Of a DNA stretch of 64,000 nt, positions 55,586 to 64,000 are shown one piece after another (within the stretch, counting starts at the first letter, position 1; every line of letters begins with the position of its first letter). Origin of the DNA: a virus (taxonomy: Duplodnaviria > Heunggongvirae > Uroviricota > Caudoviricetes); IMG/VR virus record IMGVR_UViG_3300028048_000122. One strand, 5' to 3'. The position numbers and the translations under genes were made by a program. Below the pieces are notes generated by a model that was not told where the DNA came from, did no database searches, and saw nothing but the letters and a program-made list of their open reading frames with translations.

Positions 55586-56221
55586 TTGCTCAGAAAGGGT
55601 GTTTTAATTTTGTCACATGTAGTAAGTAAGTACGAACTGCAGCATGTCACTGTAGATGAACTTCGTCAGATGGCAGCAGACTGCAGGGAAAGCATCTGGG
55701 AACAGGCAGAATCCGCCGGTCGTGAACCCAAAATCTACCTGCACTGGACGGCTGGCCATTATGGTCAGTTTTGGGACGATTATCATGTGCAGATTGACGA
55801 AGATGGCGAAATCTATGTGTACGGAGAACTGGATGAAATCCTGTCACACACTTGGCGCCGCAATACCGGCGCAATCGGCGTAACGCTTCTTTGCGGTTAT
55901 CAGGCCAACACTTCCGATCTTGGCCCGGAAGCTCCGACAGCTAAGCAGATTGAGTCCATGGCTCTTGCCGTAGAAGCATTGGCTGATGGCCTGTGGCTTA
56001 CCATCTCAAAAGAGTATGTCGCAACCCATGGGGAAGCGGCAGACAACGAATGCAACGACTGGTGCCATGAAGATTATGGTCCTAAGTCAACCTGCGAACG
56101 CTGGGACTTGGAATACCTGCAGACGGACGAAAGCCCCGTATTTAATCCGTGGGCAGAAGACGGCAGCCGTGGCGGCGATGTAATTCGCGGCAAGGCAAAC
56201 TGGTATCGTAACCAGAGATAA
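55586..56221 (+). CDS. N-acetylmuramoyl-L-alanine amidase (Amidase_2/PGRP fold), endolysin candidate
   Basis: IYLHWTAGHYGQ...YHVQIDEDGEIYVYG...NTGAIGVTLLCG...THGEAADNECNDWCHED (Zn-ligand His/His/Cys pattern); start uncertain (TTG 55586/55609). Confidence 0.6.
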   Translation: MLRKGVLILSHVVSKYELQHVTVDELRQMAADCRESIWEQAESAGREPKIYLHWTAGHYGQFWDDYHVQIDEDGEIYVYGELDEILSHTWRRNTGAIGVTLLCGYQANTSDLGPEAPTAKQIESMALAVEALADGLWLTISKEYVATHGEAADNECNDWCHEDYGPKSTCERWDLEYLQTDESPVFNPWAEDGSRGGDVIRGKANWYRNQR

Positions 56222-56238
56222 TTGAATTATTATAAGAA

Positions 56239-56270
56239 GCCTCTCCTCAAAAGGGAGGGGCTTTGTTGTA
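56239..56270 (+). terminator. intrinsic terminator
   Basis: GCCTCTCC-TCAAAAG-GGAGGGGC then TTTGTTGT. Confidence 0.6.
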
Positions 56271-56277
56271 CGTAAAA

Positions 56278-56322
56278 TGGCTAAGAGTTTTCTTGACAAC
56301 TCTTAGCCATTTGTGGTAACCT
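56278..56322 (+). promoter_or_regulatory. promoter TTGACA(-35)/TGnTAACCT with 12-bp perfect inverted-repeat operator
   Basis: TGGCTAAGAGTT-ttcTTGACA-AACTCTTAGCCA; -35 sits between the arms. Confidence 0.5.
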
Positions 56323-56352
56323 TTAAGATGTAAAAATAAAGGAGAGATCCCA

Positions 56353-57012
56353 ATGGATGTTATAGATTTTGACGCTCTTAACGCCGAAATGGACGCGACT
56401 ATCGCTGCGGCGCAGACGCCCGATTTAACGGAGTCTTTACCGACGAAAGAAGATATTCTCGACGATTTTCTGGCTGACATTGAGCAACAGCAGGTAGAAG
56501 ACCTTAAGCTCGACACCATCGAGACTCACGGCGTATCTTCTGAACGGCAGGCTGACTATCTTATCGGCCGCTACAAACGTCTCAAAGAATCCGTGCGAGA
56601 TATCGATGAATTGGCCGACAGCCGCATTAAGGATTATATGGATAAGGTCAACCGTTGGCGCGATTCAGAGCTTAAGAGCCTTACGGCGCAGATGGATTAT
56701 ATCCAGAACGTATTGGAAAGCTACGCTAAAGCCAATATTACGGGTAAGAAGAAATCCATTAAGATGATTGAAGGCACGTTAAGCCTCAGCAAACAGCAGC
56801 CAAAGATCGATTACGACGAGAAGAAACTCAGGGACTTCTTGGCTACGATTAAAGAAGGAGAACAGTATCTTGAACCGCAAGAACCCAAGCTTTTGTGGGG
56901 TGAGTTCAAGAAAGCTACCAAAGTCGGCGAAGATAATCTGCTTCGTTTTGGCGAGAAGACTGTCCCGGGCGTAGTCGTGACCATTCGACCGGACAAATTC
57001 GCTATTAAATAA
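56353..57012 (+). CDS. hypothetical protein (219 aa), coiled-coil
   Basis: AAAGGAGAG RBS. Confidence 0.5.
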   Translation: MDVIDFDALNAEMDATIAAAQTPDLTESLPTKEDILDDFLADIEQQQVEDLKLDTIETHGVSSERQADYLIGRYKRLKESVRDIDELADSRIKDYMDKVNRWRDSELKSLTAQMDYIQNVLESYAKANITGKKKSIKMIEGTLSLSKQQPKIDYDEKKLRDFLATIKEGEQYLEPQEPKLLWGEFKKATKVGEDNLLRFGEKTVPGVVVTIRPDKFAIK

Positions 57013-58223
57013 TGGCCCGTCTGACTGACGGTTTCATCCAGAGAGTTAAAGAAGCAACAGATCTTCTGGAACTGGTGGGAGAATACGTAGAACTTACTTC
57101 CGCCGGTTCCAATCTCTGGATGGCCAATTGTCCGCATCCCGATCATGATGATCCGACGCCATCCTTCCGCGTATGTCACAACGCAGATGGTAGTTGGTCA
57201 TGGTACTGCGGCGGATGTCATATGGGCCCGAAGAATCTTCACTCTAAAGCATTGAGGAATGTCGGATCGGACTGTTTCGCGTTTATTCAATGGATGAGTG
57301 AATATAAGGGCAGCAAACATGTTATCGGCTGGCGCGAATCCGTAGAAATATTGGCTAAACGGGCCGGTATCCCTATGGAAGAGGATAAATTCGATAAGAC
57401 TTATCAGATGCTGTATACGGTAGCCCGAAAACGTCATAAGAATCTCATGGATTCAGACGAGGCTTTAGATTACATTCATGGGCGAGGCATAACCGACAAC
57501 ACTCTCGACGAATGGCAGATAGGTCTTATGACCGTCCATGAATTTGGGCAAGATGTAAAGAGACTTTCTTTCCCCTTGTTCTCCCGCCATAATCGCGTGA
57601 TAGGAGAATCCGCCAGGGCTATTGAGTACGTTAAGGACGAATCCAAGTTTCCTAAGTACCGTAATTCCGCTAACTCACGTATATTTAATAAGAGCAGCTA
57701 CTTGTATGGACTGCATAGGTATACTTCAGACGTACCTGAACTCCGTATTACGGAAGGAGCTATGGACGTCATTACCGCTAGTCAGTTCGGCGCCTTAAAT
57801 GTTGTATGTTCCCTGGGAACCGCTTTTACCAAGGAACATGTCATGGAAATCAAGACGCTCAAGACGACCCCGTGTTTCTGTTTGGACGGTGACGCTGCCG
57901 GACAAAAAGGAATAAAGCGGGCGGTAGGCATGCTGGCAGAAGCCGGCATCTACGCTAAAGTATGTATCCTGCCGGAAGGAAAAGATCTGGCCGACCTTGC
58001 CTTGGAGCTCAAGGAAGATATAGAAGAATATATCGAGCTTCATTCCATGATGTACTGGGAATATCTCTTAGAAGAACCTCTTAAAGTATTTAACGCTCAG
58101 TTAAATGCCGTAAGAGCCAAGATACTTCCCATGATCATGCAGGCAAGCAAAGGCACTACTACGCCTGAAGACAGGATACTAATGCGAAATTTTGTTAAGG
58201 AAAGGACTGGAATAGAATTTTGA
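57012..58223 (+). CDS. dnaG: DnaG-type DNA primase
   Basis: CHC2 zinc finger (CPHPDHDDPTPSFRV...WYCGGCH), Toprim (EGAMDVITA...LDGDAAGQKG). Confidence 0.8.
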   Translation: MARLTDGFIQRVKEATDLLELVGEYVELTSAGSNLWMANCPHPDHDDPTPSFRVCHNADGSWSWYCGGCHMGPKNLHSKALRNVGSDCFAFIQWMSEYKGSKHVIGWRESVEILAKRAGIPMEEDKFDKTYQMLYTVARKRHKNLMDSDEALDYIHGRGITDNTLDEWQIGLMTVHEFGQDVKRLSFPLFSRHNRVIGESARAIEYVKDESKFPKYRNSANSRIFNKSSYLYGLHRYTSDVPELRITEGAMDVITASQFGALNVVCSLGTAFTKEHVMEIKTLKTTPCFCLDGDAAGQKGIKRAVGMLAEAGIYAKVCILPEGKDLADLALELKEDIEEYIELHSMMYWEYLLEEPLKVFNAQLNAVRAKILPMIMQASKGTTTPEDRILMRNFVKERTGIEF

Positions 58224-58657
58224 ATTCTTTTACTAGCGAAGCCTGCAGCACATGCCGACTACTTCCGATTTGCGCCGTATGCCCGATTATCACGGCTAAT
58301 AAGGCGCTCGATGCCGCCATGATTGGCTGCCGATATTATGAAGAAGGCGAAAATTCCATGATGCCGTTCGGCCAGAACGTAGAAGAAGCGCCGTCCATTT
58401 CGGTAGACGAACGCCTGAAAATCGCTGAACAGATCAGGGAAGAAAGTATCGCCGCGGAAGAGGAGAAACAGAAGGAAGTGTTCGGCCCGGCAGAAGGCGT
58501 AGAATGTTCCGCCTGCCATAAGGATAACGTTCAACTTATCCGTTGCGACAGTTGCGGAAAAGCCTGCTGCGCAGATTGCCTAACCGATACTCTCGATGGC
58601 AAGACACTTTGTCCGGACTGCTATGATTCAGAGGATACCCCGTCTTTTTCTTTGTAA
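58220..58657 (+). CDS. Cys-rich putative metal-binding protein
   Basis: 12 Cys in CxxC-type spacing; start uncertain. Confidence 0.4.
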   Translation: MNSFTSEACSTCRLLPICAVCPIITANKALDAAMIGCRYYEEGENSMMPFGQNVEEAPSISVDERLKIAEQIREESIAAEEEKQKEVFGPAEGVECSACHKDNVQLIRCDSCGKACCADCLTDTLDGKTLCPDCYDSEDTPSFSL

Positions 58658-58670
58658 AGGGGAATAGACA

Positions 58671-59024
58671 ATGACTTTAAATGATTTTTTCGCCCGCAAT
58701 AATATATGCGGGTTCACTCCGGAAGAACTGCGTGATATCTTATCTTTACGCAGCGACTTTCGCGTAGATGTATCGCCGCCCGCGGGAGTTATCTTGCGCG
58801 GCGTTACCATAAAGCCTTTAGGCTGCGTCGCCGATTATTTTACCGATGATGAAAACGGTAAGAAAATCAAGACAAATAAAAGTTCTTCCGCTACGGGAGC
58901 GTGTTATTATATCCAAAAAGAACTTGGCTGTAATCATCACGCCACCCCGGGAGAATGCCGTACATGCTTTTTGTCCTGCCTAGCTTTACTGGAAGCTGGA
59001 GAGGTATATAAAAGGAAAAGATAA
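58671..59024 (+). CDS. hypothetical protein
   Basis: GGGGAATAGACAATG RBS. Confidence 0.45.
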   Translation: MTLNDFFARNNICGFTPEELRDILSLRSDFRVDVSPPAGVILRGVTIKPLGCVADYFTDDENGKKIKTNKSSSATGACYYIQKELGCNHHATPGECRTCFLSCLALLEAGEVYKRKR

Positions 59025-59056
59025 ATCATAACCAAATTTTAAGGAGGAAGATATCT

Positions 59057-59332
59057 ATGAGTAAAACTGATATCATTAACATCGTAGCAGAGGAAGCAGG
59101 CATCGCAAAGAAAGACGCCGAGAAGGCAGTTACCGCGGTACTGAACGCCATCGTCAAGGCAACGGCTGAAGGCGATAAGGTAGCACTGGTCGGCTTCGGT
59201 ACGTTTGAAGCTAAGGAACGCGCCGCACGCATGGGACATAACCCTAAGACTGGCGAACAGATTCAGATTCCCGCTTCCAAGAGCGTGTCGTTCAAGGCAG
59301 GCAAGCCGTTTAAAGAGGCTGTTAACGCTTGA
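59057..59332 (+). CDS. HU-family histone-like DNA-binding protein
   Basis: Full-length HU/IHF pattern (MSKTDIINIVAEEAGIAKKDAEKAV...GFGTFEAKERAARMGHNPKTGEQIQIPASKSVSFKAGKPFKEAV). Confidence 0.8.
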   Translation: MSKTDIINIVAEEAGIAKKDAEKAVTAVLNAIVKATAEGDKVALVGFGTFEAKERAARMGHNPKTGEQIQIPASKSVSFKAGKPFKEAVNA

Positions 59333-59964
59333 TCGATCCGGCCTTAAAAGCGACACTGCAGAAAAAATATGGAACCGAGCAGGTTTACACCATCCCGCTT
59401 GCTTACGCGACATCAGTTTCCGATAAGTTTGCGCCCGAAAAACCGCGAAATGCTTATGGCGGTTCCTTCGTCCTTCGCAGTGACGCTGAGTACAATGAGG
59501 CTTTAATTCAGATTATCCCGTACATCCTGGTAGTCAATAAGGCTCATAACAAGATGTATGTAACCAAGAGAATCGCCGGGGAAGAACGTTTGCGTGATTC
59601 TCTGGCTCTTGGTTGCGGCGGGCATATCAACCCCTGTGATTTCGGCGCTGACTTTATTGGCAATGCCGCCCATAGGGAAATGAATGAAGAACTCAATATC
59701 CGTCTGGCCAAAGATACCGACCTTGTTACGATAGGCACCGTAAGAGATTTAAATTCGGCGACGAAAGAACATCTCGGCATCGTCATGATCGCTACGGCTG
59801 GAACGGTAAGCGTCAAAGAGAAGGATACTTTAAAAGGATATTGGATGACTTACGATGAGTTGGTCGCTAACTACGCCAACTTCGAGAGCTGGGCCAAGCA
59901 TATATTAGATTATATGTTTGAAAATGGCGGCTCCATCGAAAGCATCGTTGAAGGGGGCAAATGA
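59329..59964 (+). CDS. divergent Nudix-like hydrolase (tentative)
   Basis: GGHINPCDF...AAHREMNEELNI approximates Nudix box Gx5Ex7REUxEExGU; start uncertain. Confidence 0.35.
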   Translation: MIDPALKATLQKKYGTEQVYTIPLAYATSVSDKFAPEKPRNAYGGSFVLRSDAEYNEALIQIIPYILVVNKAHNKMYVTKRIAGEERLRDSLALGCGGHINPCDFGADFIGNAAHREMNEELNIRLAKDTDLVTIGTVRDLNSATKEHLGIVMIATAGTVSVKEKDTLKGYWMTYDELVANYANFESWAKHILDYMFENGGSIESIVEGGK

Positions 59965-61335
59965 ATGGAAGAACTTCGTATCGTCGTCAAGAGGAATGGC
60001 GACAAGGTTCCATATCAGACAAAGAAAATTTACGCGGCAATCGCCGGCGCCAATAAAGATTCCCGCGGAGAAATGTCTGCTCATGCCATTAGCAACGCGG
60101 TAATGCAGACAGACGTTAAGCTTCAGGGGAAGAGAGAAATCTCCGTGGAGCATATCCAGGATATGGTCGAAGAAACACTTATGGACAATAAGTATTTTAA
60201 GACGGCCAAGCAGTTCATTATCTACCGCGATCTTCACAATAAACGTCGGGAAGCTAATAAGAAGCTGATGGCATCGTACAGCGACCTCCTGTTTACCGAC
60301 GCAGAAGACATGGATTTAAAGCGTGATAATGCTAACATTAACACGGACGCCCCTATGGGCATCATGCTGAAACTGGGGACGGAAGGCGCCAAGTCATGGG
60401 CTTTGTCTTATGGCTTGCCGGAAAAATTCGTTAAGGCGCATAAAGAACATGCGATACATTATCATGACCTTGATTTCAGCTTTATCACTCTTAACTGTTT
60501 GCAGCAGGACTTGGGCAAAACCCTTAAGAATGGTTTTAATACCGGTCATGGTTTTTTGCGTGAACCGAACTCTATTCGTGCCGCAGCTTCATTGGCATGC
60601 ATCGCCATTCAGAGTTCTCAGAACGATTGTTTTGGAGGCCAGTCTATTAACGCCCTGGATTACGCTCTGGCTCCTTACGTAGAGAAGAGCTTTAAGAAAG
60701 CTCTTAAAAAAGTGCTTTTGAGAGCAGAGGATTGGTTGGGACGTGATACATATCATCTTATTCCTCAGTCAATCAAGGAAGATATCATTGATAAACTGAT
60801 TCAGGGAAACAATATTCGCTACGGCTTAAAAGGCGAAGAGTTAGAAGCTGCGGCAAAAGCAATTCATGCCGAGATATTCGGGAAAAAAGATATAGAGCAA
60901 TATCAAAGTTTTCGAGAGGCTAAAAAACTTTATCACATGGCTTGTCAAGACGTAGAAGAAGAAACCAAGCAGGCTATGGAAGCTATGATTCATAACTTCA
61001 ACAGTTTACATTCGCGCGCCGGATCTCAGGTCCCCTTCAGTTCTATCAATTTTGGTATGAACACTACCCCTGAAGGACGCTTGGTTATCGCTAAAACGTT
61101 GGATGCTATCGACGCCGGTCTTGGTCATGGCGAAACGCCGATATTCCCTATCTCGGTATTCACCTTAAAAGCCGGGGTTAATTACAATCCTGGAGATCCC
61201 AATTATGACTTATTTCAGCGGGCATGCGAAGTAAGCGCTAAGCGCTTGTATCCTAATTTCACTAATTTGGATGCGCCATATAATCTCAAGTACTATAAGC
61301 CCGACGATTACAACTCTTTCTTCGCATGCATGGGT
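59965..61335 (+). CDS. nrdD: anaerobic ribonucleoside-triphosphate reductase NrdD, exon 1
   Basis: N-terminal ATP-cone, class III RNR core; reading frame stops at TAA immediately after inferred 5' splice site. Confidence 0.75.
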
Positions 61336-62410
61336 TAACTGAAAAAGTTACACGATTTTCTACAGCCCATGTAAAACTCCTTAAATTGCTGGAAACCTAA
61401 ACAATATTTGTCAGCATCCCATAGTGACAAATCTATGGGTAATAAATTTGACGAAAAATATATTGCATGGCAATCAGCAGCCAAGCTTTAAGGAGTTCGT
61501 CAAATTGCATAAAGAAAACGGAAAATATTTTGTGGATTGCTCTTGTTGTAACAACGAATTTGAAGTAGGAAAAAATACATATTTTAAAAAGAAAGAACAC
61601 ATATGTCCTAAATGCCGCGTTAAAAACCAAAAAATGCCATTATATCCGTCGGAATATAGTCGGATTTTGATTTTGGTAACATGCCAAGAATGCGGCAAGG
61701 AATTTGCTATGAAAAAAGAGAATGTAGATAGCAGATTCTTAAAATATGGCAAGCATTTGTGCCCTTCATGTTCGAAAAAAGGCGACAAAAACCCATTCGC
61801 TGGGAAAAATTTTTCAGAAGATCAGCGAAGCAAGCTCTCCAAGATAAGAGCTGCATATTATAATGATGCAGAACTTGGAGAGCAACGGCGGCAAGAAGTA
61901 TCTCGAAAGACAACAGGAGAAAATAATCCAATGTATAAAGGCGCTGCTTTGAAAAGTGACTATACATGGAGAAATAAAGCCTTTCGAGAAAAGGTACTTA
62001 AACGAGATAACTATACTTGTCACAAATGTCACAAAAGGAAACAAGACAAAGAATTAAAAGCTCATCACAAAAATAGTTGCAACTGGGACATTAAAGGTAG
62101 ACTTGATATTGATAATGGCGCAACTCTTTGCGATGAATGTCACAAATTATTTCATCGTCTTTATGGCTACGGCGATAATACCGTAGAGCAATTTGAAGAA
62201 TTCCTTAAAGAAGGTTCAGAGACTATCGAAATTGCTGAAGAAGCAAAAGTAGAGTAGGCCGCAAGTGCGGTCCAAAAAGGGAGTACAATAAAAATAGTAT
62301 ATTTATTGTAATGATATAGTCCGACACCTGTAGAAATACAGGTCACATGCGGAAACGGTATGTGAAAAAACTGAAAGTGTAGAACAAGAACTATGGACAA
62401 CGTTAACGGG
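61336..62410 (+). mobile_element. group I self-splicing intron in nrdD carrying an HNH homing endonuclease ORF
   Basis: Exon-1 end CATGGGT pairs with intron GCCCATG at 61365-61371 (P1 with U-G at the splice site). The intron ends in G at 62410. The downstream frame continues NrdD (GSRGNFSFATINLP...CGF glycyl-radical region). The insert is AT-rich. Confidence 0.6.
61424..62257 (+). CDS. HNH homing endonuclease (intron-encoded)
   Basis: Several Zn-ribbon CxxC pairs; HNH core TCHKCHKRKQDKELKAHHKNSCNWDIKGRLDIDNGATLCDECHKLFH. Confidence 0.75.
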   Translation: MTNLWVINLTKNILHGNQQPSFKEFVKLHKENGKYFVDCSCCNNEFEVGKNTYFKKKEHICPKCRVKNQKMPLYPSEYSRILILVTCQECGKEFAMKKENVDSRFLKYGKHLCPSCSKKGDKNPFAGKNFSEDQRSKLSKIRAAYYNDAELGEQRRQEVSRKTTGENNPMYKGAALKSDYTWRNKAFREKVLKRDNYTCHKCHKRKQDKELKAHHKNSCNWDIKGRLDIDNGATLCDECHKLFHRLYGYGDNTVEQFEEFLKEGSETIEIAEEAKVE

Positions 62411-63262
62411 CCGTCCCAAAGCGGCTCTCGTGGCAATTTCTCGTTTGCGACGATAAATCTTCCCATGGTAGCTCTGGACGCTAAGGGCGATATCAATAAG
62501 TTCTTTGAATTATTCGATGAACGTATCCTGTTAGCCAAGGAATACTTGGAATATCGTTATAACATTATCGCTCATAAACAGGTGAAAAATTTCCCGTTTT
62601 TAATGGGCGAAGGGCTTTGGCTCGACAGTGAAAAATTGGGACCGGAGGATGAAATCGGGGAGGTATTGAAGCATGCGTCTATTTCGATTGGCTATGTCGG
62701 CCTTGCGGAGTGTCTTGTTGCTCTTACCGGTGCTCATCACGGAGTATCGGAAGATGCGCAAAAGCTCGGGCTCAAAATAATTGGTCATCTCAGAAACATG
62801 ACGGACAAATTCACGGAAGAAACTCATATGAATTGGTCAACCTTCGCTACTCCAGCCGAGTCATTCGCCGGCGTTGCGTGCCGCGCATGTAAGAAGAAAT
62901 ACGGCCAGATTAAAGGAGTAACTGATCGTGAATATTTCACGAACGGAAACCATGTTCCCGTATATTATCCCATCAAGGCTATTGATAAGATTCGTATTGA
63001 GGCGCCATACCATGCACTGGCTAACGCCGGAAACATTTCGTATATTGAGATGGATGGCGACCCTACTAAGAATGTGAAAGCGTTCGAGAAAATTGTACGG
63101 GCCATGCATGACGCGAATATGAGTTATTTTTCTATCAACCATGCTGTAGATCGCGACCCCGTATGTGGGTTCACGGGCATCATCGAAAACGAATGTCCGC
63201 ACTGCCATCGTCACGAAGAAACTGTTATTAACAGCATCAAGAATGTAAAGAGGGTTCAATAA
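62411..63262 (+). CDS. nrdD: NrdD exon 2 (glycyl-radical and Zn-ribbon C-terminus)
   Basis: GSRGNFSFATINLP (class III RNR signature), DPVCGFTG glycyl-radical motif, CPHCH C-terminal Zn site. Confidence 0.7.
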   Translation, partial: PSQSGSRGNFSFATINLPMVALDAKGDINKFFELFDERILLAKEYLEYRYNIIAHKQVKNFPFLMGEGLWLDSEKLGPEDEIGEVLKHASISIGYVGLAECLVALTGAHHGVSEDAQKLGLKIIGHLRNMTDKFTEETHMNWSTFATPAESFAGVACRACKKKYGQIKGVTDREYFTNGNHVPVYYPIKAIDKIRIEAPYHALANAGNISYIEMDGDPTKNVKAFEKIVRAMHDANMSYFSINHAVDRDPVCGFTGIIENECPHCHRHEETVINSIKNVKRVQ

Positions 63263-63425
63263 CTTTGAGTTTACAGGAACAGCTTAAGTACATTAAAGAA
63301 AACATGCCCGAAGCATACGAGTATTTGACGAAGGAAGATTCTTCTGATATATCTCTTCCAACATTCGATGATAACGACGACCTGGTAGGTTACAGGGCAG
63401 TTTGATTTAGAAGGAGCAATAGCCT

Positions 63426-63524
63426 ATGGAATTTGAGCTGGGATTGGTAATAGGCGGTTTCGTAGGATGTCTAAGCACAGCCATCGTGCTGTGTTTATTC
63501 GGAGGGGGAAACGGAGATGTGTGA
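63426..63524 (+). CDS. tiny hydrophobic peptide (32 aa)
   Basis: GAAGGAG RBS; single TM. Confidence 0.25.
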   Translation: MEFELGLVIGGFVGCLSTAIVLCLFGGGNGDV

Positions 63525-63609
63525 ATTTCTGGCCGGCATCTTTGTCGGCATAGCGATAGGTATAGCAATTGAATTGCGGGAGGAACATAACAAGCATGAT
63601 ATGTATTAA
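63517..63609 (+). CDS. tiny hydrophobic peptide (30 aa)
   Basis: GGAGGGGG RBS; ATGTGTGA overlap with previous peptide. Confidence 0.25.
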   Translation: MCEFLAGIFVGIAIGIAIELREEHNKHDMY

Positions 63610-64000
63610 TTTCTACGGCGGTCCAGGGATCGGCAAGTCCACCCTGGCAGCGCGCGTTTACACTCAGTTGAAAATGGAAGGCATCAAAACCGAGTTGGTA
63701 GGCGAATTCGCTAAAGACTTGGTTTACGATAAGGCATATAACGTCATGGCTGACCAGCATTATCTGTTTGCTCAGCAGGCACATCGCCTGTGGCGATTGG
63801 CCCAGTCGGGAGTAGAAGTGGCCGTATGTGATAGTCCGCTGCTTCTGAATATGGCTTATAATCAGGATCCGAATAACGGTTACTTTAACCAGTTCGTTAT
63901 CGATACGTACAAGCGTTACGATAATTTCGATTATGTCCTGGCCCGAAACGTAGAATACTGGGAAAAAGACAAGCGCAACGGCGATGTTAAAGATGCCATT
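63596..64000 (+). CDS. P-loop NTPase / nucleotide kinase-like protein (partial, continues past window)
   Basis: FYGGPGIGKST Walker A at the N-terminus. Confidence 0.5.
   Translation, partial: MICINFYGGPGIGKSTLAARVYTQLKMEGIKTELVGEFAKDLVYDKAYNVMADQHYLFAQQAHRLWRLAQSGVEVAVCDSPLLLNMAYNQDPNNGYFNQFVIDTYKRYDNFDYVLARNVEYWEKDKRNGDVKDAI

Noticed and set aside
59965-63262. Intein in NrdD instead of an intron
   Set aside because: There is an in-frame stop immediately after the splice-site U. The HNH ORF is in a different frame with its own start. A P1 guide-sequence pairing is present. All of this fits a group I intron, not an in-frame intein.
63265-63405. 46-aa TTG-initiated ORF after nrdD
   Set aside because: There is no convincing RBS and it is acidic and unstructured, so it was not reported as a feature.
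1-64000. Prophage/lysogeny module (integrase, excisionase, attachment site)
   Set aside because: No tyrosine or serine recombinase signature is seen in any frame. The XRE and Bro/ORF6N genes alone do not establish temperate lifestyle.

Overview
The window looks like a contiguous piece of a large, tRNA-rich dsDNA phage genome, probably virulent and infecting a low-GC Firmicutes-type host. Essentially every credible gene is on the + strand, and there is no integrase, CRISPR array or rRNA. The layout is as follows.
(1) 0-9.2 kb holds a dense block of about 27 small early-type genes. They are mostly acidic-tailed, several are Zn-ribbons, there are two paralog families, and one is Lar-like.
(2) 9.3-11.5 kb holds a regulatory and cell-wall module. 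It contains an XRE helix-turn-helix regulator, an ORF6N/antirepressor-like protein and a membrane-anchored 3D-domain hydrolase.
(3) 11.5-21.7 kb is a roughly 10 kb RNA island. A consensus sigma70-type promoter (TTGACT-17-TATAAT) sits just upstream of the tRNA array. There are at least nine canonical tRNAs (Ser-GCU, Trp, Asp, His, Met, Cys, Ser-UGA, a type-II-like UUG, and a putative CUA amber suppressor). Interleaved with them are a GUA-like tRNA with an 8-nt anticodon loop, several degenerate tRNA-like minihelices, three ORF-free and apparently structured stretches of about 1 kb, and a few small membrane-protein genes.
(4) 21.8-63.3 kb is a replication, recombination, nucleotide-metabolism and proteostasis module. 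It contains SPFH, a guanylate-kinase-like protein, ClpP, ClpX, SSB, GyrB, GyrA, a RecA-like protein, a resolvase-like protein, a family-4 UDG, a Rad52-like protein, an AAA ATPase, a Bro-N protein, a UvrD helicase, an SNF2 helicase, NAD-ligase, a PARG-like macrodomain, a HAD phosphatase, NrdG, an amidase_2 endolysin candidate, DnaG primase, HU, a Nudix-like protein, and NrdD. NrdD is interrupted by a group I intron carrying an HNH endonuclease.
The most interesting aspects are the structure of the RNA island and several recurrent regulatory motifs.
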